Source: Pseudomonadota bacterium (GTDB taxonomy: Bacteria; Desulfobacterota; Desulfobacteria; Desulfobacterales; RPRI01). From it: a stretch of DNA of 64,000 bases. A program made the translations under genes and the position numbers. Under the pieces are notes generated by a model that was not told where the DNA came from, made no database searches, and worked only from the letters and a program-made list of their open reading frames with translations. Below are positions 58,597-64,000 of this stretch, one piece after another. The stretch lies in NCBI GenBank assembly GCA_043825875.1, contig JBDRRF010000067.1:42852-106851 (forward strand), read 5' to 3'. How positions within the stretch are numbered: position 1 is the first letter of the stretch; every line of letters starts with the position of its first letter.

Positions 58597-61029
58597 ATGC
58601 TTATGAACAGGGAAAATGATTATCTGCAAAAAGCCGGCAAAAGCTTTGGCCGCCTGGCTGTATGGATTTACGATCATCGATGGATTGTGCTTGTGATATG
58701 CATTTTATTTCTTGGTGCCGGTTTGTACTTTGCCTCAAAAGCAGTCACAGACAGCAGTCTTGAATCTTCTTTCAGCAGAGATGATCCAACCTATAAATAC
58801 TACCTTGATTATCAGAAAGACTTTGGTTCCGATGAAGTAGCCTATATTCTATACAAGGCTCCTGGCAAAAAATACGGACCTTTTGATCTTGAGGTGATGC
58901 GAAAAATCGCCAGTTTGACTGAAGCATTGGAAAACGAAGTTCCTTTTGTGCGTGAAGTGACAAGCCTTGCCAATGTAGAATTTATTGAAGCTGAGGGCGA
59001 TTTTATCGAAATCCACGAGTTGTTGCTTGATTTTCCTAAAACCCAGGAGCAACTGCTGCATACCCGTGAGCTTGTGATGAAAAAGCCAATCTATATCGGA
59101 GGGTTGATAAACAGTGCCGGGGATCACGCTGCGATTATTTTAGAAATGACACGCGCAAGCAACCAACCCCTTGAAGAAATACGCTTTGATCCCAAAGGTG
59201 GTGATGGAATCGATAACCTCTATCCTCAGGTAAGCAATTTAAAGATAAGAGAAATTTTATCAAGACCTGAATACAAAGACATTGTATTTTATCCGTCCGG
59301 CGATGTCCCCATAAATTCAGTCTATTATGAGGTTCTGTCAAACGAAACCAGCATGCTCACATTAATAACCTTTCTTGTTGTAGGTATTATGGGGATGATC
59401 TGTTTTCGTATGAGGTTTTTAGGGGTTGCAGGACCACTAACGGTAGTACTGTTATCTCTTGTGCTGACTGTTGGTTTTATGGGCCTGGTTGGATATACCA
59501 TAGGCCTTCTTTTTATGATGATTCCGACATTACTGACAGCTATTGGCGTTGCCCAGTCAGTGCATCTCCTTTCAGAATTTCAGATATACCTGTCAAAAGG
59601 TCTGGATCGCAGAGAAGCTTTACGTCAGGCTTCAGAGCTTGTGGGTATGCCCTGTTTTCTGGCTGCATTAACAACTGCTGCAGGCTTTTTTGCAATGGTG
59701 ATTTCGCAATTGAAAATGATGTCCGATTTTGCGGTATTTGGTTCAGTCGGTGTCTTATTTGCTTTTATCCTTTCATTTACTCTTCTGATTTGCCTGCTGT
59801 CTTTTAGCAGGAAGAATAAAAGCTACCAGATAAAAGCCATTAAAACTGAAAAACGCTTTCTTTCGCGTATTCTCGATTGGGTAACCGCATATAACCTTAA
59901 GAACCAACGCATTATTTTAATTATATCAGTAATAATATTAATATTTTCATTTATAGGAATATCAAAGCTTAAAGTTGCCTATAATTTTATAGAAGAATTT
60001 AAGGAAAATACCGAAGTTCGACAGACACTTACATATGCTGATAAGGTTATGGGAGGTTTTCTTAATATTGTTTATATATTTGATACTAAAAAACCGGATG
60101 GCATCAAGGATTCGGATGTTCTGAAAAGGCTTGAAGAACTGCAAATGTTTGCTGAAAAAAACCCGCTTGTGCAAAAAACCTATTCCATTGTTGATATACT
60201 AAAAGACATCAACCAGAGTTTCCATGGCGGTGATCCGGCTTACTACAAACTTCCCGAAAGCCGTGAACTGACAGCTCAATATTTATTAATGTATGAAATG
60301 TCCGGAGGAAAAGAGCTGGAAGACTATGTGACATCGGATTATTCTAAAACTGTACTTGAATTACGTGCAGGCCTTTCAGATTCGATTGTACTTAAAAAGT
60401 TACTGGATGATTTGCAAGTATATATGGATGAAAACCCGATTACCGAAGCTGATGTAAAACTTACAGGAATTGGATTGCTTTGGGTAAAAATTGCAGACTA
60501 TATAGGGAGTAGCCAAATTTATGGGTATATACTTGCCTTTTGTATGATTGCCTGCATGTTGTGCATACTTTTTCGTTCAATTAAAGTTGGTATGCTGTGC
60601 ATGATACCTAACCTGACACCTGTTATTCTTATTCTTGGTTTCATGGGCTGGAAAGGAATGCATCTTGATTATTTCCGTTTGCTGCTTGCAACAATTGCTA
60701 TAGGTATTGCCGTGGATGATACTGTTCATTTAACTACCAGGATTCGCAGGGAGTTTTTACTTTCCGGTGACTACAGGCAGGCTTTAAAAAACAGCCTGCA
60801 TAGCGTAGGGCAAGCAATGATTATTACTTCGGTTGTATTGGTAAGTGCATTTCTGGTGTTTTTATATTCTTCAATGGCAGTGCTCGCAAGTTTCGGGGTT
60901 TTGCTGGCAATTACCATTTCTGCTGCATTGGTTGCCGATTTATTTTTAATGCCGGCCTTAATCCTTGCATTTAAACCATTTGGTAAAGAGTTTAAAGTTG
61001 AAGTAGTTAAATCAAGTTATGACCGATAA
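58597..61029 (+). CDS. MMPL/RND-superfamily transporter
   Basis: Two repeats of TM + periplasmic loop + TM bundle; AIGVA..VH, LTTAAGF, GIAVDDTVH. Confidence 0.88.
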   Translation: MLMNRENDYLQKAGKSFGRLAVWIYDHRWIVLVICILFLGAGLYFASKAVTDSSLESSFSRDDPTYKYYLDYQKDFGSDEVAYILYKAPGKKYGPFDLEVMRKIASLTEALENEVPFVREVTSLANVEFIEAEGDFIEIHELLLDFPKTQEQLLHTRELVMKKPIYIGGLINSAGDHAAIILEMTRASNQPLEEIRFDPKGGDGIDNLYPQVSNLKIREILSRPEYKDIVFYPSGDVPINSVYYEVLSNETSMLTLITFLVVGIMGMICFRMRFLGVAGPLTVVLLSLVLTVGFMGLVGYTIGLLFMMIPTLLTAIGVAQSVHLLSEFQIYLSKGLDRREALRQASELVGMPCFLAALTTAAGFFAMVISQLKMMSDFAVFGSVGVLFAFILSFTLLICLLSFSRKNKSYQIKAIKTEKRFLSRILDWVTAYNLKNQRIILIISVIILIFSFIGISKLKVAYNFIEEFKENTEVRQTLTYADKVMGGFLNIVYIFDTKKPDGIKDSDVLKRLEELQMFAEKNPLVQKTYSIVDILKDINQSFHGGDPAYYKLPESRELTAQYLLMYEMSGGKELEDYVTSDYSKTVLELRAGLSDSIVLKKLLDDLQVYMDENPITEADVKLTGIGLLWVKIADYIGSSQIYGYILAFCMIACMLCILFRSIKVGMLCMIPNLTPVILILGFMGWKGMHLDYFRLLLATIAIGIAVDDTVHLTTRIRREFLLSGDYRQALKNSLHSVGQAMIITSVVLVSAFLVFLYSSMAVLASFGVLLAITISAALVADLFLMPALILAFKPFGKEFKVEVVKSSYDR

Positions 61030-61102
61030 TTCATGTATATGGAGCAATTGTTACGAGAACTATAGCATTGTTGACAAACACTGTATTTATCAAAGAAAAT
61101 AG

Positions 61103-62647
61103 CTAAATTTTTTTGTAAACCTTTGGGTCTTTAATTGGCATCGCATCTATTTTGCTTTTTTGTGCAATAGCTACTTCAAGCCAACGTTGTACTGTATCAT
61201 GCCTGACTCCCAAAACTTTGGAAACGCTTAGCGGGGGCATTCCCTTAGCCAGAAGTTTGAGGCCTGTCAGAATTTTTTCTTCCGGGGTACGCAAGCCGTA
61301 AAATAAACTGCCTGCTCTGCTGCAAAAAGACTTACCGCATTCGTTGCAAAAAAAACGCTGGGAAATGGCCCCTTCTTTCGTTCGGTATGTGCCATTAGCA
61401 ATGACTTTGCTTTCCTCTACTTTTCCATAAAGAGGGCAATTCGGATTAGGGCAGGACTTTTTTTTAAAATCATATTCAGCTTGCTGAGCGTTCGATCCTG
61501 CCTGAACCTTTTTTTGACCAACGCTTAGCGAACTACCAACGACTAACGAATTGTCATATTTTAACGAAAAGTGATCTTTCCTATTTGAGGGTACAGTTTT
61601 TTCAGGAAATGGTTGTAAGTTTTTATGTTTCAAAGCTGAAGCGGAAGGTAAGACTTTTCCTTTTGTAACAGACTTTTTTAGTTTTTGTGGTTGTTTCTTA
61701 ACTAGCGGGAAAAGCTTTAGAGCGCGTTTCTCCAGAGCATCCAGTCCAATCTCATATAAAGCTGGAACAGTTTCTTTGTAGTTGTCTTCCTGTTTTGAAT
61801 TTATATTAAATACCGGTTTCATACCGAAATTATCAGAAAGCTTTTTAGCTTCTTTAGTTGCGGCAGCGTGGACAACCAGGTAATTATCTTTGGAATTGAT
61901 ATTGGCGAAGAATCGGTGGTTTTTAACTAGTGCCGATTGAGCCACGCTAGTATTTGCAGTGTACATGGAATAGATATAGACAACACCTGTTTTCAGGGAA
62001 ATAATATTGCAAATTGATTTATATGTCAGATTGCCTTCGAATGTTTTTTGCTTTTTAAGTTGTTCATAAGCATCCGATGTAATGGGCAAGCAGATTTCGT
62101 GCCCCACGTAATGTCCCCAGCAGTCAAAAGCTATGAAATTGAGATCGGGCAGACTAAGGCAGGCCGCTTTGATTATATCTTTTCCAAGAGACCTTTTTGT
62201 CCCGTAGATATCGCAGTGACATGAAAGGATCATGCTAATATGCTTATCTGTTGTAATTGGGATATATTTTGTCATGACTCCATCATCAGACCTTTTAAGT
62301 TTCCTTAATAATTCACGGGAAGAAAATAATGTTTCATCAATTGAGGAATAAGCAAAACGCCTGTTTTGCAATGAATACCAAACAGGATGCCCGGCATTAA
62401 GGGCTACACATATCTGCATCGGTATTCCGGTCATTTCGGATAGGTCATGAAGATTCTCAATACGGGCGCTGTGCCGGTCTGCTTCCCAATTCTGTAATTG
62501 CCGGACACTGATGCCGATTATCTCCGCAAGCGTCTCCTGACTCAAACTTCGCCATTGCCTATAGTCTTTAATCAGTAAACCAAGAGATTTATAGAGTACA
62601 CTTTTTTCTGACGCAAAACTTTTTCGTGGTATTGATGTCATGGGCAA
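61103..62647 (-). CDS. XRE-HTH regulator with central unknown domain and C-terminal IS1/InsA-like Zn-ribbon + HTH
   Basis: LSQETLAEIIGISVRQLQNWE; C-terminal CPNPNC...NG...QRFFCNECGKSF...GM.....VLGVRHDTVQRW. Confidence 0.7.
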   Translation of the reverse strand: MPMTSIPRKSFASEKSVLYKSLGLLIKDYRQWRSLSQETLAEIIGISVRQLQNWEADRHSARIENLHDLSEMTGIPMQICVALNAGHPVWYSLQNRRFAYSSIDETLFSSRELLRKLKRSDDGVMTKYIPITTDKHISMILSCHCDIYGTKRSLGKDIIKAACLSLPDLNFIAFDCWGHYVGHEICLPITSDAYEQLKKQKTFEGNLTYKSICNIISLKTGVVYIYSMYTANTSVAQSALVKNHRFFANINSKDNYLVVHAAATKEAKKLSDNFGMKPVFNINSKQEDNYKETVPALYEIGLDALEKRALKLFPLVKKQPQKLKKSVTKGKVLPSASALKHKNLQPFPEKTVPSNRKDHFSLKYDNSLVVGSSLSVGQKKVQAGSNAQQAEYDFKKKSCPNPNCPLYGKVEESKVIANGTYRTKEGAISQRFFCNECGKSFCSRAGSLFYGLRTPEEKILTGLKLLAKGMPPLSVSKVLGVRHDTVQRWLEVAIAQKSKIDAMPIKDPKVYKKI

Positions 62648-62789
62648 TCTATTCTTAAAATGGATTTTGATTAAACAGAATGATATTTTCCAAATATTAT
62701 CTAAGATATAAAAGTAGTTGTCAATTGTAATGTTGTTAATGTGTTTAAGCTTAGTAAATCAAAAAAACAACCTGAAAGGAGAGGAAATT

Positions 62790-64000
62790 ATGTCAAAATA
62801 TGATGTAATCGTAGCAGGAGGGGGCCATAACGGATTAATGGCCGGGTCTTATCTTGCGAAAGCAGGGCTTAATGTGTGTGTAGTTGAGCATCAGGATATG
62901 CTCGGAGGCGGAGTTCAGACCAGAGAGATGACGCTGCCCGGTTTCAAACATGATGTATGTTCTACATGGCATGGATTTATTTGCCCGAATCCTGTATTAA
63001 AGGATGATGAGCTTGAATTGCAGTCAAAATACGGGTTAAAGTATATTAAACCCGAAATCATGACCGGCGTGGTTTTTGATGATGATGATGTTTTCGTACT
63101 TCATAAAGATCTGGACAAGACCTGCCAGTCCATAGCAAAGATTTCCCAGCATGATGCCGATGCTTACAGAAAATTTCATGACTGGTCTATAAAAATGCTC
63201 GACATGCTGACAATGGGTATGTTCAATCCTCCTCCTCCTTTTGGAGCCCAGATGGCAATGATGGATCAGAGCCCGGAAGGTCGCGAGTTGATCAGAGCCC
63301 AGATGATCAGTGCCTGGGATGTTGTTGATGAGATATTCGAAAACGACAAGATCAAGATAGCTTTATCAAGATATGCATCTGAAGCTATGATTAACCCCTT
63401 TGTTAAAGGCACCGGTTTTACATTGTTTGTATTTATTCCTCTTACTCATAAATATGGCGGAATGTTTCCTCAGGGCGGTTCCGGAGAATTGAGCGAGTCT
63501 ATGGGCAGATTGATTAAGGCAAACGGCGGAACCATCAAACTAAACAGCACTGTAAAAGAATTCAAGATATCCGGTGGTGAGGCGACTGGCGTTATTTTAA
63601 CAACAGGTGAAGAGATTCTGGCCAGCAAGGCTGTTATATCCGGCATGAACATCAAGCAGATGTTTCCGGGCATGACAGGCGGAACCCCACTTCCCGAGGG
63701 TTTTGCACAAAGCGTAAAGAATCTGTCTCCGGCAAATTTTGCACCTATACATCAGCATATAGCATTAAATGAACTTCCTAAATACAAATGCTCTGACCCT
63801 GACGTACAAAATGCTTTCTGGGTTGAATTTTCAACATGTGATAAAGAAGAATACTGGAACGCATTTCATTCGCTTGATCTTGGTCATGCCAGAGATGAAC
63901 TTTATCTTGCCATCACATACAGCAAATGGGACAAAACAAGAGCACCGGAAGGAAAGCATACTCTTTATCTTTATGGTTTCTGTCCTTACGATCTTGCTAA
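62790..64000 (+). CDS. Phytoene-dehydrogenase-like FAD-dependent oxidoreductase, partial (runs off window end)
   Basis: Not in the ORF track. MSKYDVIVAGGGHNGL.A..YLAKAG..V.V.E....GGG..T.E.TLPGFKHD, later P.GGSG; RBS upstream. Confidence 0.88.
   Translation, partial: MSKYDVIVAGGGHNGLMAGSYLAKAGLNVCVVEHQDMLGGGVQTREMTLPGFKHDVCSTWHGFICPNPVLKDDELELQSKYGLKYIKPEIMTGVVFDDDDVFVLHKDLDKTCQSIAKISQHDADAYRKFHDWSIKMLDMLTMGMFNPPPPFGAQMAMMDQSPEGRELIRAQMISAWDVVDEIFENDKIKIALSRYASEAMINPFVKGTGFTLFVFIPLTHKYGGMFPQGGSGELSESMGRLIKANGGTIKLNSTVKEFKISGGEATGVILTTGEEILASKAVISGMNIKQMFPGMTGGTPLPEGFAQSVKNLSPANFAPIHQHIALNELPKYKCSDPDVQNAFWVEFSTCDKEEYWNAFHSLDLGHARDELYLAITYSKWDKTRAPEGKHTLYLYGFCPYDLA

Noticed and set aside
61103..61460. 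Intact IS1 element
   Set aside because: Only the Zn-ribbon/HTH part is present, fused in frame to a regulator; no DDE domain or terminal repeats seen.

Overview
A 64-kb, AT-rich bacterial chromosome segment. Its gene families (IspH-UbiA fusion, sigma54 promoters, ETF with an Hdr-like membrane oxidoreductase, corrinoid system) suggest an anaerobic Desulfobacterota-like organism; this is inference. In order it contains: a PAS/histidine kinase/response regulator/HD-GYP signalling operon (1-9 kb); housekeeping genes (cooT, ispH-ubiA, uup, arfB, alr, ald, LPS genes); a decaying integron-cassette-like array with toxin-antitoxin genes (21-24.4 kb); sigma54-dependent glnK-amtB; an AmmeMemoRadiSam operon whose components appear to be exported; a heme-c-sensor diguanylate cyclase, a porin and gatB; a small island with a translationally coupled N6-DNA-methyltransferase and PIN-nuclease pair; queA-tgt-nfu-RND; and a sigma54-driven corrinoid methyl-transfer cluster. 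That cluster has two tandem-duplicated non-canonical URO-D-fold proteins, a corrinoid protein, EtfA, a c-heme membrane FeS oxidoreductase, EtfB, an AcsE-like protein and an MMPL transporter, followed by an unusual regulator and a partial FAD oxidoreductase. The best candidates for undescribed systems are the MTase-PIN module, the corrinoid cluster and the extracytoplasmic AmmeMemoRadiSam system. I recognised no rRNA, tRNA or CRISPR array. All family calls come from motif recognition by eye, not from database searches.
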